Source of the DNA: an uncultured Acidobacteriota bacterium
GTDB taxonomy: Bacteria > Acidobacteriota > Thermoanaerobaculia > Multivoradales > UBA5704
Assembly (NCBI GenBank): GCA_963770895.1
Contig: CAVYRF010000002.1
Span: 288,001 to 352,000 of the forward strand
Direction of reading: 5' to 3'
Length of the DNA: 64,000 nucleotides
Positions 1 through 10,786 of this stretch are shown here, in pieces. Within the stretch, counting starts at the first letter, position 1. Every line of letters starts with the position of its first letter. The notes under the pieces were generated by a model. The model had not been told where the DNA came from. It saw only the letters and a program-made list of their open reading frames with translations, and did not search any database. Position numbers and translations under genes: made by a program.

Positions 1-75
1 CGCTCATAGGGGTGTTGCTCCGTCGGGGCCGTCGAGGGCCATCGGAGCAACCTGAGCCACCGGGAATCGACGCGG

Positions 76-2511
76 TCAACGCTGAGGGGCGAGAATTTCC
101 CGGGCCTCGCGATCGAGAACCTGGAACTTCAGCTCGCCGTCCAGCAGATCGATGTCGATACGCTCGATCGTCTCCCCGTGCTGATGGATGAGGATCTCCG
201 ACACCGTGTCCTGGATATGACGTTGGATCGTCCGGCGCAACGGTCGTGCCCCCGTGGACGGTTCGATCCCGGCTTTTTCCAGCAGCCATTCCTTGGCGGC
301 CGGCGAGACTTCCAGATGCAGCCCTCGCTCAGCCAGGGTTATGTTCACATCGTCGAGCAGGATGTCGACGATGGCCCGTAACTCGTGTCCACCCAGGGGA
401 TTGAAGACAATCACTTCATCGATGCGGTTGATGAATTCCGGGCTGAAGCCGCGCCGCAGCTCGGCGAGGATCTCTTCTTCGATGCGCTGGAAGCTGGCAT
501 GGCCGTCACCCTCACCGAAGCCCATGCGGCCGCCGCGCAACACCAGCTTGCTGCCGATGTTGGAGGTCATCAGCACCAGCGTGTTCTTGAAATCCACCTG
601 GTTGCCGTAGGCGTCGGTCAGGATGCCGTCTTCGAGGATCTGCAACAGCAGGTTGGCGACGTCGGGATGCGCCTTTTCGATCTCGTCGAACAGGATCAGC
701 GAATAGGGCTGGCGGCGCACCCGTTCGGTCAGCTGCCCGCCCTCTTCGTGGCCGACGTAGCCGGGCGGCGAGCCGATCAGCTTGGACACGGCGTGCTTTT
801 CCATGTATTCGCTCATGTCGAAGCGCACCAACGCCCGCTGGCTGCCGAACAGGAAGATCGACAGCTGCCGCGCCACTTCCGTCTTGCCCACGCCCGAGGG
901 GCCCAGGAAGATGAAGGAGCCGACCGGGCGCTCTGGATTGCTCACCCCCAACCGCGAGCGCCGGATGGCGCGGCTGATGGCGCTGACCGCGCGCTCCTGC
1001 CCCACCACCCGTTTGCGCAGGGTGTCTTCCATGTGCAGCAGCCGCTCGGCTTCTTCGCTCTGCAGCGCCGCGACGGGGATGCCGGTCCACGACGAGATGA
1101 CGTCTTCGATGTCGTGGCGCGTCACCTCCAGCACGCCGGTTTCGTCGGCGACCAGGCTCATCCGCTCCAGGTCTTCGCGCAGCTCGATCTCGCGCTCGCG
1201 CAAGTAGACGGCGCGTTCGAAGTCCTTGTCCGAGATCGCGACCTTCATCTCCTTGACCACCTGGCGGATGTCCTGCTCCAGGCGGCGCAGGTTCTGCGTG
1301 TCGCGCACCCGGCGCAGCTTGACCCGCGCGCCCGCTTCGTCGATCACGTCGATCGCCTTGTCCGGCAGGTGGCGGTCGGAGATGTAGCGGCTGGACTGGT
1401 AGATGGCGGTGCGCAGCGCTTCGGCGCGGTAGCGCACTTTGTGGAAGCTTTCGTAGCGGTCCTTCACCCCGTCCAGGATCTGCAGCGTCTGCTCGGGCGA
1501 CGGCGGCGCCACCTGGATCGCCTGGAAGCGGCGCAGCAGCGACCGGTCTTTTTCGATGTACTTGCGATATTCCTTGAGCGTCGTCGCGCCGATGCAGGAG
1601 ATTTCGCCGCGCGACAGCGCCGGCTTGAGGATGTTGGCGGCGTCGAGCGAACCTTCGGCGGAGCCGGCGCCGATCAGCGAGTGGATCTCGTCGATGAAGA
1701 CGATCAGCTCGCGGCTGTCCTTGAGCTCCTTGAGGATGCCCTTGAGCCGCTCCTCGAACTGGCCGCGGTACTTGGTGCCGGCGACGATCAGCGACAGGTC
1801 CAGGGCGACGATGCGCTTCTGCGCCAGAAAGATCGGCACCCGCCCTTCGACGATGCGCTGCGCCAGCCCTTCGACGATGGCGGTCTTGCCGACCCCCGGT
1901 TCGCCCAGCAGGATGGGGTTGTTCTTGGTGCGGCGCGACAGGATCTGGATGATGCGGTCCACCTCTTCGTCGCGGCCGATCAGCGGATCGAAGGCCGATT
2001 CGCTGGCGAGCGCCGTCAGGTCGCGGCCGTATTCGGAGAGGAAGGGGAGCTCTTTTTTCTGCTGCGAGGCTTCGCGCTCCTTGGCGATGGCCAGGGCCTC
2101 TTCGCGCACCGTGTACACGTCGAAGCCCTGCTGCGCCAGGATGCGCATCGCGGTCGAGCCTTCGACGCGCAGGATGCCGATCAGCAGGTGCTCGGACCCC
2201 ACCGTCGCGTGCAGCATGCTTTCCGCTTCGTGCGAGGCATAGGCCAGGATCTTCTTGGATTCTTCCGACAGCGGCAGCTCCGCGGTCGAGGAGATGCGCT
2301 CGACGAAGACCCGCTCGCCTTCGATCTCCCGGCGGATGTCTTCGGGCTTGACCTGGAAGCGCCGGAAGATCTCGTTGACCGTCTCCTCGCCCTCGCGCAG
2401 GATGCCTAGCAGGATGTGTTCGGATTCGATGACCCGGCTGCCGAGCTTGCTTGCCTCGTAGCGGGCGAAGAAGAGGGCCCGGCGCGCTTTTTCGTTGTAC
2501 TTCTCAAACAT
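76..2511 (-). CDS. clpC: ATP-dependent Clp protease ATP-binding subunit ClpC
   Basis: Clp N-terminal repeats, Walker A motifs GEPGVGKT and [15 protein letters not shown], short coiled middle domain, [11 protein letters not shown]. Confidence 0.95.
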   Translation of the reverse strand: MFEKYNEKARRALFFARYEASKLGSRVIESEHILLGILREGEETVNEIFRRFQVKPEDIRREIEGERVFVERISSTAELPLSEESKKILAYASHEAESMLHATVGSEHLLIGILRVEGSTAMRILAQQGFDVYTVREEALAIAKEREASQQKKELPFLSEYGRDLTALASESAFDPLIGRDEEVDRIIQILSRRTKNNPILLGEPGVGKTAIVEGLAQRIVEGRVPIFLAQKRIVALDLSLIVAGTKYRGQFEERLKGILKELKDSRELIVFIDEIHSLIGAGSAEGSLDAANILKPALSRGEISCIGATTLKEYRKYIEKDRSLLRRFQAIQVAPPSPEQTLQILDGVKDRYESFHKVRYRAEALRTAIYQSSRYISDRHLPDKAIDVIDEAGARVKLRRVRDTQNLRRLEQDIRQVVKEMKVAISDKDFERAVYLREREIELREDLERMSLVADETGVLEVTRHDIEDVISSWTGIPVAALQSEEAERLLHMEDTLRKRVVGQERAVSAISRAIRRSRLGVSNPERPVGSFIFLGPSGVGKTEVARQLSIFLFGSQRALVRFDMSEYMEKHAVSKLIGSPPGYVGHEEGGQLTERVRRQPYSLILFDEIEKAHPDVANLLLQILEDGILTDAYGNQVDFKNTLVLMTSNIGSKLVLRGGRMGFGEGDGHASFQRIEEEILAELRRGFSPEFINRIDEVIVFNPLGGHELRAIVDILLDDVNITLAERGLHLEVSPAAKEWLLEKAGIEPSTGARPLRRTIQRHIQDTVSEILIHQHGETIERIDIDLLDGELKFQVLDREAREILAPQR

Positions 2512-2564
2512 TCAACGGACCTCTTGCCTCTTGTTGCGGTACGCCATCCATGCTCCCCCGCGGC

Positions 2565-2593
2565 TTACGCAAACGACGCCAACAAGGTTGTGC
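2565..2593 (-). promoter_or_regulatory. Possible ECF-sigma-type promoter upstream of clpC
   Basis: Minus strand reads caAAC-like 'aac'-N17-'cgt' (gcacaaccttgttggcgtcgtttgcgtaa), the generic ECF -35/-10 spacing; weak motif. Confidence 0.25.
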
Positions 2594-2616
2594 ATTCGGC
2601 CTGCAACGGTGAGATT

Positions 2617-3327
2617 CTAGCACGGCAGGCCCGTTCCCTCCTGCTGCGTCTCCTCCTGGCGCAGCACCCCCTCCTGCAGGCGCATGGCGCGGCTGCAGCG
2701 GCCGGCGATGACCGGGTTGTGGGTGACCAGCACCGCCGTCGTCTGGTGGCGCGTCTGCATCTCCAGCAGCAGGTCGAACACCTGCTCGCCGCTGGCCGGG
2801 TCGAGGTTGCCGGTCGGCTCGTCGGCCAGCAGCAGCGGCGGCGCCAGGACCAGGGCGCGGCACAACGCCACCCGCTGGCGCTCGCCGCCCGACAGCTCGC
2901 TGGGGAAGTGGTCGCGCCGCGGCATCAGGCCCACCTCGGCCAGCAGCTGCTCGGCGCGGGCCAGCACCTCGCGGCCCGGACGGCCGGCGATCCGCCCCGG
3001 CAGCATGATGTTTTCGAGCGCCGTGAAGTCGGGCAGCAGCTGGTGGAACTGGAAGACGAAGCCGATCGTGCGGTTGCGGAAGGCGGCCAGCGCCGCGGGC
3101 TTGAGGTCGGCGAGCGGCCGGCCGCCGATCTCGACGCTGCCGCCGTCGGGGCGATCGAGCGCCCCCAGCAGGTGCAGCAGGGTCGACTTGCCCGACCCCG
3201 AGGGCCCCACCACCGCCACCAGCTGGCCGGGCTCCACCTGCAGGTCGACGCCCAGCAGCACCGGCACGCGCCGGGCGCCGTCCTGGTAGGTCTTGGTCAG
3301 GCCGCGGGCGGACAGCGCGACGCTCAT
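2617..3327 (-). CDS. lolD: Lipoprotein-releasing ABC transporter ATP-binding protein LolD
   Basis: ATG at 3327 (MSVALSARGL), GPSGSGKST, LSGGERQR, ADEPTGNLD; ATGA overlap with the permease stop. Confidence 0.9.
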   Translation of the reverse strand: MSVALSARGLTKTYQDGARRVPVLLGVDLQVEPGQLVAVVGPSGSGKSTLLHLLGALDRPDGGSVEIGGRPLADLKPAALAAFRNRTIGFVFQFHQLLPDFTALENIMLPGRIAGRPGREVLARAEQLLAEVGLMPRRDHFPSELSGGERQRVALCRALVLAPPLLLADEPTGNLDPASGEQVFDLLLEMQTRHQTTAVLVTHNPVIAGRCSRAMRLQEGVLRQEETQQEGTGLPC

Positions 3328-4574
3328 CGCTTGAGCGCCTCGATCGGATCCAGGGAGGCGGCCCGCTCGGCGGCGTAGAGCGCCGAAGCCAGCGCCAGGC
3401 CCAGGGTCAGCAGCAGCACCAGCGCCAGGTCCAGCGGCTTGACCAGGAAGGGCACGTAGTCCAGGAAATACACCTTCCCCGGCACCGGCACCAGGTGGTA
3501 GCGGTCGAGCACCACGGCGGCGCCGACGCCGCCCACCGTCCCCAGGGCGATCCCCAGCCCGGCCACCAGGCCGCCGAGCAGCACGAAGGCGTGGCGCAGC
3601 CCGGCCGGGGTGGCGCCCATGGTGGCGAGGATGCCGATCTCGGGGCGCTTGCTGGCGATGATCAGGGCCAGGTCGGCGACCAGGGCCAGCGAGGCCACCA
3701 GGACGATCAGCGACACGGCGACGAACATCATCACCTTTTCGAGCCGCAGCGCGAACAGCAACGGCCGGTTGAGATCCTGCCAGGTGCGCACGGCGCTGCC
3801 CGGCGGCAGGCTGGCCGGCAGCCGCCCGGCCACCGCCAGGGCGGCGTCCAGGTTGACCGCCGCCACCTCGATCTGGCGCTCGGCGCCGCCCAGCAGCGTT
3901 TCGGCGACCGCCAGCGGCAGCGCCACCCGCTCGCGGTCCTCCTGCGCGCGCCCGGAGCGGTAGCAGCCGGCCAGCGACAGGGTGCGCAGGCGCGGCTGCG
4001 GACCGAGCGGCGTCAGGGTGGGACGCGGCGACACCACGGTCAGGTCGCGGCCCGGCTCCAGGCCCCAGCGGGCGCACAGCGTCTCCGGCGCGTACAGCCC
4101 CTCGGCACGCCCCGCGGCGCCGGGAAACGAGCGCGGCACCCGCCCGGCGAAGCCGATCAGCTCGACGGCGTGGACCTTGCCCTGGTCGAGCACCCAGCCG
4201 CTGCCGCGCACCTGCAGCTCGGCCGCGGTGACGCCGCCGAGGCGCCGCACCGCGTCGCGCGCCGCCTGGGCGGCGGCCAGGGGGAGGCCGGCGGGCAGCT
4301 CCACCAGCATCTGCGGCGTGCGGCTGACCAGCTCGCCGCGCAGCGCCTCCTGAAAGCCCGAGATCACCGCCAGCGACAGCACCAGGGCGGCGACGCCGAG
4401 CGCGATGCCGCCCGCCGCCACGGCGGACAGGAAGCTGGCGAAGGCGTCGCGCCGGGTGCTGCGCAGGTAGCGCAGGGCCAGGGTGACGGGCAGCGGCAGG
4501 TCGCGCAGCAGCAGCCGCGAGGAGCGCCCCCGGTCGCCGCCGGCGCGGGGAGAGGATCGGCGCGCGTCGATCAA
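3324..4574 (-). CDS. Lipoprotein-releasing ABC transporter permease (LolC/E family)
   Basis: N-terminal TM helix GIALGVAALVLSLAVISGF, WQDLNRPL..ALRLEK, EIGILATMGA, ending LDPIEALK; TTGA overlap with lysS stop. Confidence 0.88.
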   Translation of the reverse strand: MIDARRSSPRAGGDRGRSSRLLLRDLPLPVTLALRYLRSTRRDAFASFLSAVAAGGIALGVAALVLSLAVISGFQEALRGELVSRTPQMLVELPAGLPLAAAQAARDAVRRLGGVTAAELQVRGSGWVLDQGKVHAVELIGFAGRVPRSFPGAAGRAEGLYAPETLCARWGLEPGRDLTVVSPRPTLTPLGPQPRLRTLSLAGCYRSGRAQEDRERVALPLAVAETLLGGAERQIEVAAVNLDAALAVAGRLPASLPPGSAVRTWQDLNRPLLFALRLEKVMMFVAVSLIVLVASLALVADLALIIASKRPEIGILATMGATPAGLRHAFVLLGGLVAGLGIALGTVGGVGAAVVLDRYHLVPVPGKVYFLDYVPFLVKPLDLALVLLLTLGLALASALYAAERAASLDPIEALKR

Positions 4575-6079
4575 TGGGCGTCCGGGTCCGCCGGCTCGGG
4601 GCGCAGGAGCGGAAACAGGATCACGTCCCGGATCGACGAGCGGTCGGTGAACAGCATCGCCAGGCGGTCGATGCCGATGCCGACGCCGCCGGCCGGCGGC
4701 ATGCCGTGCTCCAGCGCCCGCACGTAGTCGTGGTCGAACAGGTGGGCTTCGGCGTCGCCGCGCTCGCGCGCCGCGAGCTGCTGGCGGAAGCGCTCCGCCT
4801 GCACGTCGGGGTCGTTGAGCTCGCTGAAGCCGTTCGCGATCTCCATGCCGCCGACGTAGAGCTCGAAGCGCTCGGTGAAGCGCGGGTCGTCGGCGCGCTG
4901 CTTGGCGAGCGGCGACACCTCCACCGGGTAGTCTTCGATGAAGGTCGGCTGCTGCAGGTGCGGCTCGACGACGTATTCGAACAGCGCCATCAGCAGGTGG
5001 CCGTAGCTGCCGCCGGCGGGCGGCGGCACCGGCCGCGCCGCCAGCTCGGCGGCGACGCCGCCCTGGGTGTCCAGGCGCTCGGGCGGGATGCCGCCCAGCT
5101 CGGTGAGCGCCTGGCGCACGCCCAGGCGGCGCCAGGGGCGGGTGAAGTCGATCGCGGTGCCGCCCCAGGTGACGGCCGGGCGCTCCAAAAGCGGCAGCAC
5201 GCGCGCCGCCAGGCCGGTCAGCATCTCCTCGGTCATCGCCATCATGTCGCGGTAGTCGGCGTAGGCGGCGTAGAACTCGACCATGGTGAATTCAGGGTTG
5301 TGGCGGGTCGAGATCCCCTCGTTGCGGAAGTTGCGGTTGATCTCGAAGACGCGCGGGATGCCGCCCACCAGCAGCCGCTTGAGGTACAGCTCGGGGGCGA
5401 TGCGCAGGAAGAGGTCGATGTCCAGGGCGTTGTGGTGGGTGCGGAACGGCCGCGCCGTGGCGCCGCCGGCCAGCACCTGCATCATCGGCGTTTCCACTTC
5501 CAGAAACTGGTGCGCGGTCAGAAAGTCGCGCACCCCGGCGACGATCGCCGCCCGCACCTCGAAGACGCGGCGCGATTCGGGGCTGGTGGCCAGGTCCAGG
5601 TAGCGCTGGCGGTAGCGCGCTTCGACGTCGGCCAGGCCGTGCCACTTTTCGGGCAGCGGCCGCAGCGCCTTGGCCAGCAGCGTCAGGTCGTCGACGCGCA
5701 GCGACAGTTCCCCGGCGCGGGTGCGCATCACCTGTCCGGCGGCCCCCACCAGGTCGCCCAGGTCGAGGTTGTCCAGCACCTGGAGCGCCGCCGGGGGCAG
5801 CGCGTCCTTGCGCACGAACAGCTGCAGCTTGGCGCGGCCGTCGTGCAGGTCGACAAAGGCGCTCTTGCCGTGCTCGCGGATGCCCTTGATGCGGCCAGGC
5901 ACGCGCAGGCGGATCGCCGCCGCGTCCAGCTCCTCCGCGGTGCTCTCGGCAAAGCGAGCGTGCACCGTGGCCGGCTCGGCGTCCCAATCGAAGCGGTGGG
6001 GATAGGTGGCGACGCCGGCGTCGGCCAGACGTTGGCGCTTGGCGCGGCGGTTCTGGATCTGTTCGTCGAGCTCGGACAT
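4571..6079 (-). CDS. lysS: Lysine--tRNA ligase (class II)
   Basis: ATG at 6079; PLPEKWHGL, RYRQRYLDL, FRNEGISTRHNPEFT, GMPPAGGVGIGIDRL. Confidence 0.97.
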   Translation of the reverse strand: MSELDEQIQNRRAKRQRLADAGVATYPHRFDWDAEPATVHARFAESTAEELDAAAIRLRVPGRIKGIREHGKSAFVDLHDGRAKLQLFVRKDALPPAALQVLDNLDLGDLVGAAGQVMRTRAGELSLRVDDLTLLAKALRPLPEKWHGLADVEARYRQRYLDLATSPESRRVFEVRAAIVAGVRDFLTAHQFLEVETPMMQVLAGGATARPFRTHHNALDIDLFLRIAPELYLKRLLVGGIPRVFEINRNFRNEGISTRHNPEFTMVEFYAAYADYRDMMAMTEEMLTGLAARVLPLLERPAVTWGGTAIDFTRPWRRLGVRQALTELGGIPPERLDTQGGVAAELAARPVPPPAGGSYGHLLMALFEYVVEPHLQQPTFIEDYPVEVSPLAKQRADDPRFTERFELYVGGMEIANGFSELNDPDVQAERFRQQLAARERGDAEAHLFDHDYVRALEHGMPPAGGVGIGIDRLAMLFTDRSSIRDVILFPLLRPEPADPDAH

Positions 6080-6172
6080 AGACCTTGCGGCGGCAGCGGC
6101 GGCGGCATGCCGGAGGGCGCCGAGCGCACACGATAGCTCACTTTGCCGCCCCTGATAGCATGCCGGGCAGCG

Positions 6173-7030
6173 ATGATTGAGCCCTGTGACGAAGCGGGCC
6201 GCCTGGCGGAGGCGGTCAAGACGGCGGTCGAGAGCTGGGACGACCTGGGCTGGCCGCGCCCGGCGGTGGCCGTGGTGTCCGGCTCGGGCCTGGCGGTCGA
6301 CCTGGGCGAGGCGGCCCGCGGGCCGGTCGACCTGTCGTACTTCCTGCCGTTTGCCGTCCACCCGCTGGCCGGGCACCCGCACCAGGTGGAGCTGCTGCGG
6401 CCGCTCGGCGGGCGCGAGGTGGCCTACCTGCGCGGCCGGCTGCACCCCTACCAGGGATACAGCGCCGAGCAGACGGTGTTTCCGGTGCGGCTGGCGGCGC
6501 AGCTGGGCGCGCGGGTGCTGATCCTGACCAACGCCAGCGGCGGCCTGCGCGCGGGCCAGCAGGTGGGCGACCTGCTGGCGGTGCGCGACCACGTCAACCT
6601 GACTGGCCTCAATCCGCTGCGCGGCCAGCTGCCCGCCGAATGGGGGCCGCGCTTCCCCGACATGGTGGGCGCCTACGACCCGGCGCTGGCCGCGCTGGCG
6701 CACCGGCTGGCCGCGGGCGCCGGGGTGCCGTTGGGCGACGGCGTGTACGCGGGGGTGCTGGGGCCCAGCTACGAGACGCCGGCCGAGGTGCGCATGCTGC
6801 AGACCCTGGGCTGCGACCTGGCCGGCATGTCGACGGTGCTGGAGGTGATCGCCGCCCGCCAGATGGGGCTGCGCTGCCTCTGCCTGTCGCTGGTCAGCAA
6901 CCCCGCCGCCGGGCTGGCCGCGGCGCCGCTCAGCCACGACGACGTGCTGGCCGCCGCGGACGCGGGGGGAGCCCGCCTGGCGCGCCTGCTGCGGGCGCTG
7001 CTCGAAAGCCCCGAGCTGCTGCCGGTCTGA
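6173..7030 (+). CDS. Purine-nucleoside phosphorylase (trimeric PNP/XapA type)
   Basis: GSGL, GRLHPYQG, LTNASGG, GPSYETPAE, GMSTV motifs; ATG at 6173. Confidence 0.92.
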   Translation: MIEPCDEAGRLAEAVKTAVESWDDLGWPRPAVAVVSGSGLAVDLGEAARGPVDLSYFLPFAVHPLAGHPHQVELLRPLGGREVAYLRGRLHPYQGYSAEQTVFPVRLAAQLGARVLILTNASGGLRAGQQVGDLLAVRDHVNLTGLNPLRGQLPAEWGPRFPDMVGAYDPALAALAHRLAAGAGVPLGDGVYAGVLGPSYETPAEVRMLQTLGCDLAGMSTVLEVIAARQMGLRCLCLSLVSNPAAGLAAAPLSHDDVLAAADAGGARLARLLRALLESPELLPV

Positions 7031-7034
7031 GACC

Positions 7035-7922
7035 TCAGGGAACGGCGGCGGGGTCGGCCGCGGCCGGCTGGTGCGCCGCGGCGTCCGCCGGCGAGCCGTA
7101 GCCGGTCGACAGGCGGTCGCGCACCAGCCAGATCTCGGGGAAGAAGCGCATGGCGAGCGTCGCGGTCAGGTACTTGGCGCCCGAGGAGCCGCCGGTGCCG
7201 GAGAGCGAGCCGATCATGCGCTCGACCATCTTCACGTGGTGGAAGCGCCAGATCGCGAAACGCTCGTCGAACTGCAGCAGGTGCTCGGCCAGCCGGAACT
7301 GCGCATAGTGGCGGTCGGGATCGGAGTACAGCACGACCAGCGCCTGGATCACCCCTTCGTCCGGGGTGTGCACCTGGGTGACGTCGCGCGCCAGCACCGC
7401 CTGCGGGATGGCGAAACCGCTGCGCGCCAGGTGGTGCAGGAAATGATCGTACAGGGTCGGCTTGCCCATCGCCTCCTGGAGCGCCACGAGCGATTCGGGG
7501 TCCTCTCCCACCCGTTCGATCAGCCGCGCGTTCTTGGCGCCGCAGAGGAATTCCAGGCGGCGGAACTGCACCGACTGAAAGCCGCTCGCCGGGCGCAGGT
7601 TGTCGCGGAACTGCGCGAAATCGACCGCGAACATGGTTTCGAGCAGCGGGATCTGCTCGATGAGCAGGTGCTGGATGGCGTGCAGCCGGTCGAACAGCTG
7701 GGCGGCGCGCAGCGGCTGGTCGCGATCCATCCAGTCGCACACCGACGCGACTTCGTGCAGCATCTGCTTGAACCACAGCTCGTAGACCTGGTGGCTGATG
7801 ATGAACAGCAGCTCGTCGTGGTGCGCCGGCCGCGACAGCTCGCGCTGCAGCGACAGCAGCTGCGGCACCTCCAGGTAGGTGGAGTAGGTCAGCTTGGCGG
7901 AGCCGGCGGGCGCGTCGGTCAT
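7035..7922 (-). CDS. kynA: Tryptophan 2,3-dioxygenase
   Basis: TYSTYL, HDELLFIISHQVYELWFKQ, ASGFQSVQFR, WRFHH..VERMIG..GTGGSSG..YL. Confidence 0.95.
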   Translation of the reverse strand: MTDAPAGSAKLTYSTYLEVPQLLSLQRELSRPAHHDELLFIISHQVYELWFKQMLHEVASVCDWMDRDQPLRAAQLFDRLHAIQHLLIEQIPLLETMFAVDFAQFRDNLRPASGFQSVQFRRLEFLCGAKNARLIERVGEDPESLVALQEAMGKPTLYDHFLHHLARSGFAIPQAVLARDVTQVHTPDEGVIQALVVLYSDPDRHYAQFRLAEHLLQFDERFAIWRFHHVKMVERMIGSLSGTGGSSGAKYLTATLAMRFFPEIWLVRDRLSTGYGSPADAAAHQPAAADPAAVP

Positions 7923-7932
7923 CGGCGGGACA

Positions 7933-9648
7933 CTAGGCGATGGTGCCGCCGGGATTGCGCTTGAGCAGCGGCTTGTAGGCCAGCAGCCACAGCCCCGAAT
8001 AGTCGCGCATCAGGCGCATGCGCAGCAGCTGCAGCTGGCGCCCTTCGGTGACGCTCCCCGACAGCACGGCCTCGTCCAGCACGTGGTGGAAGCGCCACAG
8101 GAAGGCGTCGGCGGTGCGCGCGGTCCAGCGGGCGCGGGCGTAGACGATCGAGTCGCCGGTCACCGAAGTCTCGTCGAGGATGCCGGAGATCTCCTGCGCC
8201 TCCTCGTTGATGCGCATGCGCAGGGCGGCGCCCTCCAGCAGGAACTGCTCCAGCTCGCGGTCGCAGCTGGCGCGCCCGTAGAGGCGGCGGTAGGCCAGCA
8301 CTTCGCGCGGCTCGATGCGCAGCGGAAAGACTTCCGGCATCACCACCACCCGGTCGACGGCCATTTCCGCGTCGACGCCGCGCAGGGCATCCACCAGGCG
8401 GCGGTAGTGCTCGCCCAGCAGATCTTCCTGCGCCGCGAGCGGCGACGCGCCGGCGACGCCGGTGGCCCCCGACAGGTGGCCGCTGTCGTCCTGGTACTGG
8501 CGGCGGCTGCCGGGGATGCCGACACCGGTATGGCCGCCGCCGAAGCCGGAATAGCCGGAATCGCCGGCGGCGTGTTCGCCGGCGCCGGCGGAGCCGGACG
8601 ACCTGGACGCGCCGATGCCGCTGGCCGTGCCGCCGCCGAGCGCGCCGGCGCCGGGGCCGCGGCCGGCGGCGGTCAGGCGGGGCAGCAGATCGCGGACGCG
8701 GGCGCGGATCAACGCCAGGTCTTCCAGCTTCAGCTCCTGGCTTTGCAGCTGGGCTTCGAAGCGCTCGATCTCCTGGCGGAACTGCATCAGCTCCTGGTCC
8801 AGCTCGCGATCCAGCGGCACTTCGCGCTCCAGCTCGAAGACGCGCTGGTATTCGGCGACGATGCGCTGCTCTTCCTTGGCGTACAGGTTCTGGATGCGGC
8901 TCTTGAGCGCCAGGTTGGTCTCCTGGATGGCGAGCGCCAGGCCGGGCTCCAGGAAGAGGTTGCCCAGGTCGTGCTTGAGCGCCCGGTAGCGCGGCACCAG
9001 GTCGTGCTCGCTCAGCTGGTCCAGGGTCGAGATTTCGCCGACTTCCTGCCGGATGCCGTCGACTTCGCGCCGCTTGGCCGACACGTAGTCGGCGTCCGGC
9101 GTGGAGGCGCCCAGCATGGCCCACAGCCCCTGGAAGATCTCGCTCAGCCGGCGGTGGTCGCGCAGCCGCGGCTCACCGGTGCGGTCGTCTTCCTCTTCGC
9201 TCAGGCGGGCGAGCAGGAAGTCCACCTTGTCCAGGCGGTCGCTGGGCCAGATCTCCCCCGGCTGCGTGTACAGGTAGAACTTGACCAGCTGGGTGAGAAT
9301 CTTTTCGTCGTAGGTCTTGACGCGGCGGAAGAACTGCCGCAGGTAGTAAGGAGCGACTCTGCTATCCTCTTCGTCCAGGTCTTCGATCAGCTCGCTCAAG
9401 CGGCGATCGATCGATTCCAGCTTGCTGCGCAGGCGCTCGCTTTCGGACGTGTTGTTGAGGCTCTGCGAGATCTCCTTGAGCTCCGCGTAAAGGTTTTGAA
9501 ACTCGACCGAGTGCGCGTCGTTGACGTGCTGCTGCCCGGTCTTGCTGAGGCTCTGCAGGAACTGATGGAACGTCCATGCGGCGCGAAAGCGGTGGGAGGT
9601 ATCGGCGTAGCGGCGATGCAGCGCGCCGAGCTCTTGGACGGTCGTCAT
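7933..9648 (-). CDS. Hypothetical helical/coiled-coil protein (571 aa)
   Basis: Long ORF with GC3-rich codon usage and charged helical composition, Gly-rich linker; 10 bp upstream of kynA; no motif recognised. Confidence 0.8.
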   Translation of the reverse strand: MTTVQELGALHRRYADTSHRFRAAWTFHQFLQSLSKTGQQHVNDAHSVEFQNLYAELKEISQSLNNTSESERLRSKLESIDRRLSELIEDLDEEDSRVAPYYLRQFFRRVKTYDEKILTQLVKFYLYTQPGEIWPSDRLDKVDFLLARLSEEEDDRTGEPRLRDHRRLSEIFQGLWAMLGASTPDADYVSAKRREVDGIRQEVGEISTLDQLSEHDLVPRYRALKHDLGNLFLEPGLALAIQETNLALKSRIQNLYAKEEQRIVAEYQRVFELEREVPLDRELDQELMQFRQEIERFEAQLQSQELKLEDLALIRARVRDLLPRLTAAGRGPGAGALGGGTASGIGASRSSGSAGAGEHAAGDSGYSGFGGGHTGVGIPGSRRQYQDDSGHLSGATGVAGASPLAAQEDLLGEHYRRLVDALRGVDAEMAVDRVVVMPEVFPLRIEPREVLAYRRLYGRASCDRELEQFLLEGAALRMRINEEAQEISGILDETSVTGDSIVYARARWTARTADAFLWRFHHVLDEAVLSGSVTEGRQLQLLRMRLMRDYSGLWLLAYKPLLKRNPGGTIA

Positions 9649-9724
9649 TGCAGGATGGAATCCACGTGCGGAACCAGAAGTCGGGCCAGGATATCACGCC
9701 GCGGCTGCCCTCGATGAGCTGGCG

Positions 9725-10285
9725 ATGCGCGTTTTGATCCCCCAGGCCGACGTCGAAAGGCGGGTGGCCCAGCTGGCCGGCCAGATCGGCCGCGACTATG
9801 CGCTGTGCGGCGCCGGCCCGCGGCCGGCCGACGATCCGTTGATCGCCGTCGGCGTCCTCAAAGGCTCCGTTTTCTTCCTCGCCGACCTGCTCAAGCACCT
9901 CACCCTGCCGGTCGCCGTCGACTTCTTTCAGACCTCCAGCTATGGCAGCGGCGGCGCCGTGCGCGACGACGTGCGCATCCGCAAGGACCTGGACCTGTCG
10001 ATCCGCGGCCGCGACGTGCTGCTGGTCGAAGACATCGTCGACACCGGGTACACCATCCGCACGCTCCTCGACCTGCTACGATTCCGCGGCGCGCGCAGCG
10101 TCCGGCTGTGCACCCTGCTGGACAAGGCGGCGGCGCGCGCGGTCCAGGTGCCGATCGACTATTGCGGCTTCCAGATCGACGATCTCTTCGTGGTGGGCTA
10201 CGGCCTCGACCACGGCGAGCGCTACCGCAACCTCCCGTACATCGCCGTATGGGAACCCGAACCTCCCGCTGCGGCAACCACATAG
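9725..10285 (+). CDS. hpt: Hypoxanthine phosphoribosyltransferase
   Basis: VLKGS.FF.ADL, PRPP motif VLLVEDIVDTG, FVVGYGLD..ERYRNLP. Confidence 0.95.
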   Translation: MRVLIPQADVERRVAQLAGQIGRDYALCGAGPRPADDPLIAVGVLKGSVFFLADLLKHLTLPVAVDFFQTSSYGSGGAVRDDVRIRKDLDLSIRGRDVLLVEDIVDTGYTIRTLLDLLRFRGARSVRLCTLLDKAAARAVQVPIDYCGFQIDDLFVVGYGLDHGERYRNLPYIAVWEPEPPAAATT

Positions 10286-10297
10286 GAGCGCCCAGGC

Positions 10298-10687
10298 ATG
10301 CACTTCCATCACACCGACGACGCCCCCAAGGCGATCGGCCCCTACTCGCAGGCTGTAGCCGACGGCGGCTGGCTCTACACCTCCGGCCAGGTGGGCATGG
10401 ACCCGGCAACCGGCGAGCTGGTGCCCGGCGGCTTCGAGCCCCAGGCCCAGCGCGCCCTGGAAAACCTCAGCCACGTCCTGGCCTCCGCCGGCTGCACCTT
10501 CGCCGACGTCATCAAGGCCAACGTCTTCGTCGTCGACCTGGCGGACTTCCCGCGCCTCAACGCCCTGTACGCCAAGGCCATGGGCGACCATCGCCCGGCC
10601 CGCTCCACCGTCCAGGTCGCCGCCCTCCCCAAGGGCGCCCTGGTCGAAATCGACCTGGTCGCCCGGCTGCCGCAGTCAGGAAGCTAG
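10298..10687 (+). CDS. ridA: RidA/YjgF enamine-imine deaminase
   Basis: APKAIGPYSQA, SGQ, PARSTVQVAALPKGALVEI. Confidence 0.92.
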   Translation: MHFHHTDDAPKAIGPYSQAVADGGWLYTSGQVGMDPATGELVPGGFEPQAQRALENLSHVLASAGCTFADVIKANVFVVDLADFPRLNALYAKAMGDHRPARSTVQVAALPKGALVEIDLVARLPQSGS

Positions 10688-10786
10688 CGCAAGCTGGAGT
10701 CCCGGCCCGGACGCCGGCGGCGGAAGCCGGCGAGCCCTGCGCGCTCCGGGCCAGGCGCGCCGGCGCCGGCGCGGTCGACGCCCGGC

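Noticed and set aside
1-7. Possible start codon of the next minus-strand gene after clpC
   Set aside because: Only 7 nt lie in the window, so it cannot be identified
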